Below, in pieces: positions 11,010-27,751 of a stretch of 64,000 bases of DNA. The notes under the pieces were generated by a model. It searched no databases, had not been told where the DNA came from, and saw only the letters and a list, made by a program, of their open reading frames with translations. The stretch is taken from NCBI GenBank assembly GCA_963693365.1, contig CAVNZM010000008.1, forward strand, positions 5,895,728 through 5,959,727, in the 5' to 3' direction. The stretch is from Amoebidium appalachense (lineage: Eukaryota > Protista > Ichthyosporea). Each line of letters starts with the position of its first letter. Within the stretch, counting starts at the first letter, position 1. The position numbers were made by a program, and so were the translations under genes.

Positions 11010-11464
11010 TTGGACTGCTCCCCCTAGTTGAACAGTTTGGGGGGAAAGCCGAAGGCTCTAAATTCGGATATTCGGGATTTGGTTGTAAGGTTTTACGGGT
11101 CGGGCCGAAGGCCTTAACGGGCCGCAGGCCCGCCTATTGGGCCGCCAGGCCCGGGGCCCCGGGGACCGGGGGCCTCCCCCCACCCACGCGGGCCACCCCC
11201 GGCCCGGCCCGGCCCGCGGGGGCACGGGGAGTAGAGCTCTACTCCCCGTGCCCCCGCGGGCCGGGCCGGGCCGGGGGTGGCCCGCGTGGGTGGGGGGAGG
11301 CCCCCGGTCCCCGGGGCCCCGGGCCTGGCGGCCCAATAGGGCGGGCCTGCGGCCCGTTAAGGCCTTCGGCCCGACCCGTAAAACCTTACAACCAAATCCC
11401 GAATATCCGAATTTAGAGCCTTCGGCTTTCCCCCCAAACTGTTCAACTAGGGGGAGCAGTCCAA
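11010..11464. repeat. ~455-bp loop-less GC-rich palindrome centred on 11236/11237 (GTAGAG|CTCTAC)
   Basis: The arms are reverse complements apart from one 1-bp indel; the same peptide is read on both strands in the ORF track. Confidence 0.97.
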
Positions 11465-11512
11465 CCGAAATAACTTCGGTTTCGCTCGGCCACTCGCCCC
11501 ATGACTCCTGAT
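11465..11512 (-). repeat. Element terminus, 48-bp inverted match to 51361-51408
   Basis: CCGAAATAACTTCGGTTTCGCTCGGCCACTCGCCCCATGACTCCTGAT versus ATCAGGAGTCATGGGGCGAGTGGCCGAGCGAGACCGAAGTTATTTCGG. Confidence 0.9.
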
Positions 11513-11554
11513 TAACGGGTTAACGGAAATTCCTGAGCGGCTGCTGCCACCATA

Positions 11555-11802
11555 TGATTGGTTTTCGCTTCCTATTGGTAGAAAATTTTACGACAGTACA
11601 TTTTGATTCGCTTAGCCGGCATCACCCTGTTCTTAGAACGTCTGTAAATGGTTATCAATCACAGTGTAAACAAGCGGATCTTGGAACTTGTACGACTGTG
11701 ATTGGTGTATCTCAAATGTTGAAGATGCTAAACCAATCATAATTGCGTTTTGTTCAGTTTACCTTACTTATGATTGGTGGAACCTATCGTATGACCACGT
11801 GC
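11555..11802 (+). promoter_or_regulatory. CCAAT-box cluster plus E-box, likely IDI1 promoter region
   Basis: Five CCAAT/ATTGG motifs in ~230 bp and CACGTG near 11796, about 1.2 kb upstream of the IDI1 ATG. Confidence 0.35.
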
Positions 11803-12956
11803 TCACCGGCAAACGGCGGTGCTGTACATACTTCTTCCCACGCACAGCCGAGTTGCACGAAGTGTGTTTCTGTATACGTACCTTTCAGTACTAACAACTA
11901 AGCCCCGTACTAAGGTATGCATATAAGCGTAATATTCTCTCTGTCCTTTAGCTTTGCCTTCTTCACTTCTGCTGGAAATTTACATGTCACGGACAGGAAG
12001 TTTACAGTGCGTAACAGCTCAACACGAAGCACGCAGACACACGGACATCAGCTCGCCCACGCATCAGTGCAAGCACAACGCACACGGGCGGAAAAGTGTA
12101 CGCACACTTGAACGAAAGGAACATCAGCACGCACCTAGGGTTGTATTAGAATTCCCAGCTGACTAACCTCACGACGGTAGCGGTAGGATGCTGTGCCTTG
12201 TTCTTTTACGATGGTCAACATCAAAGAACACCCGCATTAGCCAAAAACGAAAACAGCACGCACACTCACACAGGCATATTCCGCACTTTGAATAGACATA
12301 AAAGTTACACGCGCACGCACACACACACACACGCACACGCACACACGCACACACGCAAACACACACACATACACCGACACAAACCAAGACGTCACACGCG
12401 CTCACACATCTGTGCTTACTCAGAGGTACATATTCCATGCTTAAATAAACTCTACGTATACAATGTCGCATACCCATGTCCACACACCCACACACATACA
12501 TACACACACCAGCGGGCATGCACATAGCTTATGGCGTAAATATATGCGTGCACCCCTCATTCCCTCCTTTCCCCTTCCCCACCTCCCGCCAACGAAAACA
12601 GTGGATTTTCAGGTTTTTAATTGCTTACCCGTTTATGAGCACTACTTCGCTTGTGACACGAAAAACATGTCGTTGTTTGTTGGGGCTTGTTCGTGTACTT
12701 TCTACTTTGCATGCACCCCCCCCCCTCCCCCCCCCCCCCCCCCCCCCCCCCCACCTGCCCCGCCTGCCCTCCCTTGATGCGCACCCCCAAGGAACACGTC
12801 TCTCGATACCAACCCCCCCCCCTCCTCCTCCTCTCCCCCTCCCCCCCGCGCCCCCTCGGCCACCGACCCACCCACCCACCCAACCACCCTCCCATCCCCT
12901 GTTCTCTTGTAACATACTAACCCCGACTGCTTCCCGCATTCTTCCAGACCGCCACC

Positions 12957-16491
<3,535 letters not shown>

Positions 16492-17752
16492 TTGGCTTCT
16501 ACGATATGGAAGAGGGGGGATATCCTCGAAAACGTAGTCTCAGATGATGGCAGACCTCGATACTTTCCATAGGTTGTGGTTGCCTCAGCCTGGTCATATC
16601 TCATTTTAACGTATGGAAATGATTGGAGGATGATGTTTATGATGACTTTACTGGTCACGTTTGTAATTTTCCTTGAGTCTATGGGGTCCTATCGTGTGTG
16701 ATTCCTATTCCCTCTCCCACACATTTGTGGTTGTTTTTTTTCGCTTTTCGTACTTCCGCTGGCTCTGGATTTTATTTTTTGAAAAGTTACTAACTAGCAT
16801 ATTGTACTGAGTGGGTTAGATTTTATTACGCCCCACCCCGCCACACTCACAAACATTTCTACTCCTACTTGTGTGAGAGGTGTGAAACTGAACACATAGG
16901 TAATTGCTGCCACTGAAGGGAACTTTTCTACCCCTTCTTTAACTCTCCCCCCCCCTTTCTTTCGAATTGCTGAGAGTGACATTTATCTTTCGGATGTAAA
17001 AACAGAATGCTGTGCTGGGCGCAGTCACGGAAATAATATGAAGTGCACACAATGCATGTGTACGTCACTGCTCTATGTGCCTGTGTGAGTGGCCTGCCTG
17101 CTCCTGTCACAGTATGTGGTTGGTGGTGGTGGGGGCCCCCGGGGGGGGGGAGGGGGGGATTATACCGGTAACTAGCTACAGTGTCACACGAAGAGACCGA
17201 GGGAAAGCACTATGTACATGTGCATGTAGCCTGCTGACGGAAAGTGAGGGAGAGGACGGGCCCGGCCACTGAGCCGGGTAATGTGTTTGTCGGTGTCTGA
17301 CTGAGGATTGGAATGTTGCGACATTCTTTCGAACCCTGTTCGGTTTTAGGCCGGGCCAGAAGGCCTCTCCACTATGTAGAACTTTTTTGAAGTCCAGGCA
17401 TGCAGTTTACGGTTAACCGTTTGCAGAAAGTTTGATTCCTTCTTCCCAGCAAAAGTAGTTTTCACGCGGCCTTTATTACACTGTAACTGGTATAGTGTTT
17501 CAGGCGCATCAGTCATCCAGCTTCCGGTACGCAGGGATCATCTCCAAAATTAGGTCTCTACGTCAGTGATCGTCACCAACTTTATCTTCTCCCTCTGCCC
17601 CCTCCTTTTCCATCTACTATTTCTTTTCCATGCCACAGCAACATCCCGCCCCCTCTCCTCCCTAACTCACCCCCCCCCCCCCCCCCCCCCCCCCACCTCC
17701 TCCCCCCCTCCCCTTCTCCCCACCCCCCCATTTTTTCTTTAAAATTTAGAGA

Positions 17753-18307
17753 ATGTCTGCGGATTGGTTGGCCAGCCGTCGTCGTTCTCTGTCTGCCCCC
17801 AGTCTGCTTGCAATGGATGCAGCCCAAATTGGGACCCAAACCCACACGTAAGATACCCCCCCCCCCCCCCCCCTCCCCCCCCCTCCCCCCGCTCCCCGCC
17901 CCTTCCCCCCCCCCCCTCCCCCCTCCTCTTGTCTCCTTCCTCTTCCCCCCTGCCTCCTTCCCCCCCAAAACCCTACCCGGCCACCCATCCACCCACCCTC
18001 GACCACCACCGCCACTAGCACACGCGCACACGCATATGCAGCAACACCAACACACATCCCCAGGTGTGCTCACAACGCACACCCTCACAAGGGCACGCGC
18101 TAACACACACACGCACATTCTCCCACACATGCACAAGTAGCCACAAACACACACACAAACACACACGCGTACCGCCTGCACACACACACACGCACACACA
18201 CACACACACACACATTAACACCCAGACCCGTGCGGACACACACAAACACAAACCCACCATGCTCAAATTACTTTGCACGCACCGGCACACACTTGCGCAC
18301 CCGCACC

Positions 18308-18347
<40 letters not shown>

Positions 18348-18894
18348 GACACACAGACACGCACACACACACATAAGTGTTTTATTTACACCGCTCCTCC
18401 CCACACACACACAGATCTTTTTTCTTTCAATTTCTACATTTTGTTTTCGATTCCGTTTGTTCAGCAAGCTCTATCTTTGCGTTTTTCGTTCTTTCCTCGT
18501 GCTTTAAACGTAATGATACCACAGACCCCTCTAGAGGCCAACTCCTTCCCCCTCCCCCTCCCCCCCACCCCCCCCCCCTCCCCCTCCCCCCATCCCCACC
18601 CTCACCCGTGCCCACCCTCCTCCCACGAATGACTGGGGCCCTAACCTGAGGATGGGCTTCATTATTGATGCACACTTTTTGTGTGTGCCTGCTATCTCCC
18701 CCCTTCCCCCCCCTCTCCCTCTCCCGCCTCCCTCCCCTGCCTTCCCCCCTCGTGTTCCCGAACTGGCATCATGTTGTCTGTCGTGATGCTTATTGTGTTG
18801 TGTTGTGTGCTTCTTACTCCGTTATGCACTTCCCTCTCCCCCCCCCCCCCCCCCCACCACCACCACCACCACCACCACCACCACCACCACCCTC

Positions 18895-18939
<45 letters not shown>

Positions 18940-19106
18940 ACCACCCCTTACCCCTGGAAATCTACCCAGGCACCCACCAGACCATGACTTGACTTGCTTT
19001 CAGGTTTTTCCCGCACTTCCCTCTGTTGTGAACGAAGCTTAAGTATCATACATTAAGCCAGTCGCAAATATGGGCTCTGTGTGCAAGGGGCATAGCAGGG
19101 TGTTCG

Positions 19107-19159
<53 letters not shown>

Positions 19160-19720
19160 GGGGGGGGAGGGGAGGGAGAAGGGGGGGGGGGGGAGGAGGG
19201 GGAGGGAGAAGGGGGGGGGGGGGGGGGGGGGTTGGTTGGGAAGGCGCACTGGTGCAAGGGGATACTATTGCAGATGCGAGGAAAGTGTGGTCTCTATAGA
19301 TCATTTGACGTACCCATCTAGTCATGTTCCCTTAACCCTAGTCCTGATACCTATATCTCCAATTTACACTCAGAGTGGCGGCTAATTCTTTAATTTCCTT
19401 TTTGCAGGGGGGTTTTCAACGAAAGTGTTCACACGTCGAACGATCTCATAGCCACCCTCAACTCGTTGAACCGTGACCTCTTTCCTGTCCCACACATCAA
19501 CCTCGAAGGTTTCAACCTCGATAAGTTCCAGCATGACGTTTTGTCCAACGGGGCCGATGTGTCTCCCTCCCTACCACCACACTCACCTACCGAGGTAAGG
19601 AAGCTATTTCTTCCCTCTAAGGTGTTTTTTCTGTGACTACTGCACGGGACACGCTCGAGGAAAGGTGTGCGCGCACACACACGCGTGCGTACACACACAC
19701 ACACACACTTACTCACACAT

Positions 19721-19796
<76 letters not shown>

Positions 19797-20049
19797 ATAC
19801 ACACAAACATGCACACACAGCTGCAAGCCCCCCTCTCCCCCCCTCCCCCCTCCCCACACCTTTACCCTAAATGAGAAGACAAGAGAACAAAAAACCCCTT
19901 CAAACACCTTCTTCTTTCCTTTTTCTCGCCATTTCATTCATACATCTTGGTTGTCTCGTAGAATGCTGTTTGTGGTAGGGTTGGCCACCTTTTTTTTTTT
20001 TTTTTTTTTTTTTTTCCCTCCTGGTTGTTGGCCTTCGGGTGGGGGGAGG

Positions 20050-20093
<44 letters not shown>

Positions 20094-20968
20094 CTTTAAA
20101 ACACACACACACAGAGTGAGAGATGCAGACACACAAAGGCATCACAATCGTGCTTGCAAGCACACAGACAAGAACAGATAAACTAATTTGCAGTTTGCTT
20201 GACTTTTTCACCACGCACACATAGGCTGACTCACAATCCCCCTTCCCCCCCCCCCCCCCCCCCCCGGCCCCTCTCTCCCCCCGGGGCCTTTCCCCCCTCT
20301 CCCTCCCCCGCCCCCCCCCCCCCCCCCCCCCTCCCCTCACCACCACCACCACCACCACAACAGGCACACACACGCACACACACATGCAAGGACAATCCCC
20401 CCTCCCCCCCCCCCCCTCCCCCCTCCCCCCCACACCCCCACCCCACAAACACACACACACACGAACACAAACAGAGCTACGCCAACGCGTCGACCACATC
20501 GCTCATCCTCCCCTCTGACTTTGCCCTCGCTGGTGGGGGAGGAGTAGGCTCCAATTATGCAAGTCCAGAAATACCGCCAACATCCATCGACCAACGTCGA
20601 AATTTCAGCCCAAAGATGTTAGATAGTTCGATCCGGAGCCCACGAAGATCTCTTAGTATTCAACTGAGCCACGATCCGATTGCTGCCGATCCCACACGAT
20701 TATCGAGCAACAGTATAGACTTTGGCCGCTCGCCTAAAAGTTCGAGTGCAAATCTAGGACTCAGGCCGATGGGTCGACCGAGATCGTATTCCGATCTGAC
20801 TCTGGGTGGTGCCCAGTATGTGGGATACGATTCTATGCTGCAGGCACACAATAACATGGCCAGACAACGTATGCTGCCTCCCCTCAAACCCTCCCCCCCC
20901 CCCTCTTCCACCCCCACGAACCGAACGCATTCCTGCATGCTGGGAAAGATACCTGCAACTTTGCGGAC

Positions 20969-21003
<35 letters not shown>

Positions 21004-21333
21004 ACCACCACCACCACCACCACCACCACCACCACCACCACCACCAACACCCACCCACCCAACTGCTACCACCATCACCGCCACGCTACCTTCTCCCTCT
21101 CCATCTGTTATCCTCTTCCCCCCCCTTCCCCCCCCCCCCCCCCCCCCCCCCCCACCCCCCACTTCCCCCCTTCTCCCATTCTCCCCTCTCCACACACACA
21201 CATACATACAACCCGTTAAAAAGAGCACCCACATGCTCTGCTTCTACGATATCAACAAATAGTTACATGAAGGTGCCACCTGCAGCCTGACTTGGCCTAT
21301 CTTTCTCCTTCTATCCCTCCCTCTCTTCCAAGG

Positions 21334-21409
<76 letters not shown>

Positions 21410-21469
21410 GCATGACCGATGCCATCAATTGTACACGTATTCTGCGGTGAATTCTAACCCTCCTCCCCT

Positions 21470-21524
<55 letters not shown>

Positions 21525-21567
21525 CCAACCAGTCAACCAACCAACCAACCAACCAACAACCCCCCTC

Positions 21568-21598
<31 letters not shown>

Positions 21599-22138
21599 AA
21601 AAAAAAATAGAGTAAAAAATAAAATAAAACAAACAAACAAACAAACAAACAAACAAACCAAAATACAGAATCCATGTCTGCCGTACCCTTGGAAACCATG
21701 ACACTGACATCGCCCAACCGCAATAGAGAATCAGCATCACCAACAGAAAACGACGGTATGTGTGTGCTCCATCCACACTACAGCATACCTTCTCCCCCTC
21801 CCCCTCCCCCTCCCCCCACCCTTCCCCCCCATCTCTTCTTTGCCCCGGCACTCCCCCCCCCCCCCCCCCCCCCCCCCTCCCCCCCACCCGCCCCCGCACC
21901 CCACTCTCACCCCTTAACCCCGCATGTCCTGAGCAGGCCTAGGAAATTTCTGGATGATGGGCTTTGTTGGTGTGTCTTCTGGCTGCACGTTAGCTTGGTT
22001 CCTGATTTCTTATTTTGTTATGTTGTACGCAAATAGCTTTTCTTCGGTGGTCTCTGCCCTTTCATCACCCCCATCACCCCCCTCCTCCCCCCCTCGCCCC
22101 GTGTGTGGGCTCGCACGCACGCGCGCGCGCGCGCACGT

Positions 22139-22223
<85 letters not shown>

Positions 22224-22530
22224 AAGTGACAACCATCGTGCACGCAGGCAGGCTTACACAAGTTCAACAACCACTCGAAAGCTGCTGCTTTGGCCTGTTT
22301 CCTTTATTCCATCCAACCTTTTTTCCCACCTTGTTTTTTCTTTCACTTTTTTTTTTTTTTTGTTGTGGTTTCTTTTCGAACCTTATTTTGAAGAATAGCT
22401 CGATTGCCAAACCCAACATTGAATGGTAGCAATGATTAATGCGCAATCAATGCCCCCTTTTTTTAAGACAAATTCACCGACTATTGTTGTAAAGTGTGTC
22501 GTTCATTTCTTGCATCTGAACTCCAGAGAA

Positions 22531-22581
<51 letters not shown>

Positions 22582-23066
22582 CCCCACCACACACACATGA
22601 AATATGGAGTAACACAACAAATCGGCCATTTTCCGGATCAGTATGGCACATGTTTTAACGGCCGCGAAAGATGTTAAACAATTTTAAAGCAAGCAATCCC
22701 TCCCATCAGATTTCGACTTTAGCGCCCTGGACCGAGAGTTTGGATCGTTCGACCAGTTTGCCGATCAGGGGGAGAGGACAGATGAGGGGCAGGCGGCGCA
22801 AAGTGGCCCAATGGGGAGAAGGCAGATGCACGTGCTATCGGAGAAGGTGTGTGTATGTGTGTCTGGGAGGAGGTGGGGGTTGAAGGGGAGGGGGAGGGGG
22901 TGAGGAGAGGGGAGACCGGTTGTTGTGTGGATGTGTGTGAGTGGGTTTTGGAGGGGGGAGGAGGGGAGGGGGGGGGGGGGGGGGGGGGCTTGCGTGTGCG
23001 TGTGTGTGGGGGAGGTGGGGGGGGGGGGGGGGGGGGAGGACAGGGAGAGGGGAAGGGGGGCTGGTT

Positions 23067-23153
<87 letters not shown>

Positions 23154-23802
23154 CGCGCGCGCGCGCGCACGCGTGCGTGCGGCGAAAGAGGGGGCAGAGG
23201 GAGGGAGAGAGGGGGAGGGGCTAGCACGTGTCTTGACTGAGGTTGGTGTGGGTGGGTGTTTGTATGACAGGATGGCATATGCAGCTGCTTGACGGAGCTG
23301 TAAGTGGTGGTGCTGTTTCTGTGTGTGTGTGTCCCCCAGGGGGGGGGGGGGGGGGGGGGGGGTTGGACGATATTGGTCCTTATGCGTCCAGAGTTGTAAT
23401 GTGATCATACCCAGTGCCAAACTCTTCATGTCAATGTGTTGGTTGGTGCATATTAGGGGGGAGAAAGGGGAGAGAGGGGGAGGGGGGGAGGGGGGGAGGG
23501 GGGAGGGGGGGAGGCATTCGGCAATGTTATTGGTGTGGCACGATTCCCCCCTTTCCCCCCATCCCCCCCATCCTTCCCCACCACACATGACCAGGCACAC
23601 ACAAACGTACACACACATGCACACTTCAACATCACCACAATCCCTTCTCCCCCCCCCCCCCCCCCCCCTCCCCCCCCCCCCCCCCCCCCCCCGTTCTTTT
23701 TTCTCTTGAGATTTCCCTTCAATTTATTCTCTGTGTGCTGTGTGTACATTGATTTCCATTTTCCTGGCCGGAGGTTTTTTTTCTTTTCTTTTTTTTTTTT
23801 TT

Positions 23803-23845
<43 letters not shown>

Positions 23846-24011
23846 CTGGCCATTTAGTGTGGTAGGCATGCAGTCACTTGGTGGGGGCTGTTAATGGCTG
23901 AAAGGAGAGTTCTGTAACCTGGGGTTGCGTTGTGGGACAGATGATATGTACTTGGTTCCCAACTCCTTCGCCCGGGGTGGAGGTTGGTTTTTTTGTTTTT
24001 TTTTTGTCTGT

Positions 24012-24050
<39 letters not shown>

Positions 24051-24613
24051 CAATATAGGTGCTTGTGTGTGTGTGCATGTATATCGATAATGTGTTGTGT
24101 GTGTGCTGGTAGTGTGGTGGTGCCAGCAGTGTGTTGTGCTTTTGTATCGGTAATGTCTGGTTGGGTCTGTGTTGGGTGTCAATGAGTTTGGTTTGTGAAG
24201 CTAATTCACTCTTTGAATGCAGAAACGGCGGCAGAATCTGAAGGAGAAATTCGACGAGTTGGTGCGATTGGTTCCCCACTGCAGAGAAAAGACGAGCAAG
24301 GTCGACATATTGCAGAAGGTAGGGTCTGTTAAATGTCGTTTATTATCTTCCCTTTTTTTTTTCTATTTATTTATTATTTCGTTCGTTCTTTCTTTCTTTC
24401 TTTTCTTTCTACTTTTTTTTTTCTTTTTTTTTTTTTCTCTTGGGTTTCGTGAGCCTGGAAGTTATGTCTCAAAGTTTATGCCCATGTTAGAACTGTGTGG
24501 CGAAGTGTCAACAATAACACCAACAACAACTCTCTTACTCGTGTGGTTTTTTTTGTTTTGTTTTTTTTTTGGAAAGGGAGAGGCGTGTAAAAAAAAAATT
24601 ATTTTTATTTTTT

Positions 24614-24644
<31 letters not shown>

Positions 24645-24744
24645 GGGGATCGGTTTTGTTTTCACATACCAGCACATTGTATTGGTCTCCTAAAAACACG
24701 CACATGGGAGCACGCCTGTACACAAGCACAAGGACACACACGCG

Positions 24745-24812
<68 letters not shown>

Positions 24813-24863
24813 TGTGTGTGTGTGTATAATACACATGTGTGTGTGTGTACACACACACACACA

Positions 24864-24960
<97 letters not shown>

Positions 24961-24977
24961 CGAGGCTCTCTCTCCGA

Positions 24978-25018
<41 letters not shown>

Positions 25019-25045
25019 CGCGCGCGCGCTCACTCACTCACTCAC

Positions 25046-25087
<42 letters not shown>

Positions 25088-25506
25088 ACCCTCACACACA
25101 CGTGAACGTCCTACCGCAGACCACCGACTACATCTACTATCTCAAGAAACAAATCGAGAAGGTGCATCTAGAAAACGTCCAACTCAAACAAAACTATGCA
25201 AAAGTATGGAAGGACCAGCCGGCTTTACCCCCCTCTGCATTCATCGGTGGTGCGGCACCAGCAGGCCATTGGCCGCGAGGCAGCATCCCAATGATGCCGC
25301 AGCAGCCAATCAGCATGGGGCCACCAATGCCTCGGCCCATGAAAATACCGATAAGTCCGGCGCCGGCCAATCACGCACGACCGCTGGTGCCGAATATGGG
25401 GTCTCAGCCGCTGATGCAGGAGGTACCCGGACAGCACATGCGGAGGGCCAACAGCACAAACAGCCTCAACACATTGGCCGGACTGGGCCTGCATCGTGCG
25501 CTATAA
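17753..25506 (+). CDS. bHLH-leucine-zipper transcription factor of the Myc/Max/Mlx-Mondo type; exons 17753-17847, 19408-19594, 20475-20868, 21669-21755, 22710-22846, 24223-24318, 25120-25506
   Basis: The spliced product reads [10 protein letters not shown]|[32 protein letters not shown]|[24 protein letters not shown]. The H-E-R basic-region signature predicts CACGTG binding. All six GT-AG introns are phase-compatible. Subfamily not resolved. Confidence 0.88.
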
Positions 25507-27360
25507 TGGCAACAGGCCACGCTGCTGGTGCTTGCTAGAAAGTCGGTGTTTAATACTATAGATCTAGAGTATCTGATACCTTGTACTAAATATGTTGCCA
25601 GATAGCGAAATTCTATGTGCGACAGTTCGCCTGAAGCCACAAAGGGGTTTTTCACACCCAAGTACGTATGACATTGTGGCAATTTGGAATGAATGGGGTT
25701 TGTCGGGTTAGGGTCACATGCTCTTTGGTTGCATCAAAAATGAACATGAATGTGTTATGTTGACATATTTGCTGTAACGTTAACGACTTACTTTTTCAAC
25801 ATTCGAATGAGGGCCAGTGCTGTTTAGCCACTTTCAGATGCTGTTCGCATAGGACCACCCAGATTGTGGTCTCGGTGCATGTTCTTTATGGTCACATCAT
25901 TAAGTTTTGTATTATTACGAAACCCGAGATATCTGCTCGTATGCGCACTCAGCTAGCGGACGGCGTTCCAAGCCTCATTTAATGGAGCCCTTCTAGTCAC
26001 ACTGTGAGAGACCGCGGCGCGCAAATACAAAAGGCAGCGGAAAACCAGGAAAAAAAACAAAATAAACAAGGTTAAAGCTCGTGCCTTTACAACTTATAAA
26101 AGGCAAGCAAGGATCGAGGCCTTGTACAAGCACACATGTACTATTATAATAGAAAGACGGTGACTGCTCACCGGTTACCGGCTGGCGCTGCTCGAGCTCC
26201 AGCCTCTAGCTGTTCCCCGTACAGCATTTTGTAGAAACAGCTGAGCCTCACGTGACCAGGCTGCATGTTGTGAATGAAACGCGCAGCTTTTCTACGTTTC
26301 TCGGGCAGATCTTGGTGTAAGATGAGCGGTGTTGTGCAAGTCACACTTCGCTTACGTACAAACCAGAGCATGCCAGGCGGTGCGCTCCGAACCAATCCCC
26401 ATAGTCAGATTGTTATCAGGTACTATTTCCGTTAAGCCAATAGGAAAAGATAACTAATCCAATAGCCTCACTACAGTAGTTACCATATATGACGTGTGTT
26501 CCGCTTACTTGCCTTAAATAGTAAGCCTCCCCGTTTTGCCCCACTCTCCTCAGACAAGTGATATAAACTGAGTTCGACAGAGGCTGGCTGGATCAGTCTA
26601 CAGAATTCGGCATACTGTATGTCTCTTTTCTGAGAAGGAGAGCTGTGCCACAGACTCGCACTCGTGTTTCATCACATTTCTGTTGTGGACGTCGTCTGTA
26701 AACTGAGAGCTCAGTCGTGTACGAAAGCTAATTTGGCCGGCATATGCAAGTAAAGGAACGTTTTTGTGCCGCCGGGCGCAATGGTTGCGCCTGAAAGATC
26801 ATCTTTGGACGTTACCCTGTAATCGTGCCGTTAATAATACCCCTCTTGCAACCTCTACTACAGTAATGATTGTGCCATCTTTAATACCTAGAAAAACAAA
26901 TGTCATGCCATGATATGGCGCTGCTTATGTACTAGTATGAATCATTGGCACTTCAAACGTGGTGAACCTCTTTCAACAACTTGTTGTTCGAAGGAATCGA
27001 TCTGATCGAGAAGCCTCATTTCTCCCACTTGTCTTTCACATTTGCACGTTGCCTGTCCTTATCTATTGTCACTTCTTTCTCTTTTTCATTTTTATTACAT
27101 TGTCAACTCTATCAAGCTTGACAACTATCTCCAAAGCTCTAGAGTCCCTGGAGATAGTTGCCAAGCTTGATAGAGTTACAACCTCTCATATTCTGCAAGC
27201 TTCATCTGTCATGTTCAGTTGCACCTGTCTCCCTCTTCTTGTTTCTAGATCTGATGTTCTGCTACTCCTTAAGCTTGGTTTACAGGTTGTATATAGTTCA
27301 TTATCTAGGGCTGGTTGATTTGGTTGGTCTGATTGCTCCTGTTGTTACGTCCTCTAGATC

Positions 27361-27404
27361 TTCAGAGTACGAGAGCAATAGATCTATTGCTCTCGTACTC
27401 TGAA
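27361..27404. repeat. 44-bp perfect palindrome
   Basis: TTCAGAGTACGAGAGCAATAGA|TCTATTGCTCTCGTACTCTGAA. Confidence 0.95.
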
Positions 27405-27751
27405 TCGTCCGGGCATGATGAGACGCTGCCGAGTCTGAGAGTGCCTACAAGGAGGCCGAAACGGCGCTGGACCAGTGGCAAGTTATTGAACAGGCGGTTC
27501 AGAATCTGCAACGTTCCCAGGTTCCATACACTACGGCAAGAGCCCCCTCCCCCCTCAGTCCCCTCCCCCCTCCCTGTTGTATAATATGATCGTGTGACAA
27601 ACAATATGTTTATAAATGAACGGGGTTGACTAGACCACGCTTTGCTTAGTTACGTGCACAGCTGAGCTACACCCCCTGCAGCGCTAGTTCTTGTGCTGCA
27701 AGTGTGCTCGTATCAAGCAAGTACTATGTTTTTAGTTGTTTGGGTCCTAAC

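Larger units (their letters stand above)
1..11510. mobile_element. Right-hand end of a putative giant repeat-rich mobile element (continues beyond window start)
   Basis: Orphan ORFs interleaved with several minisatellite arrays. Terminal 48 bp (11465-11512) match 51361-51408 in inverted orientation with 1 mismatch. 10745-10955 is an inverted diverged homolog of 53385-53620. ORF 529-849 is homologous to 54699-55019. No mobilising enzyme is seen in the window. Confidence 0.6.

Noticed and set aside
10931-11511. Overlapping ORFs across the palindrome
   Set aside because: A by-product of GC-rich symmetric sequence; the same peptide appears on both strands.
11917-12950. His/Thr, Cys/Val and poly-Pro/Gly ORFs here and throughout the introns
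   Set aside because: Translations of (CA)n, (TG)n and C/G homopolymers.
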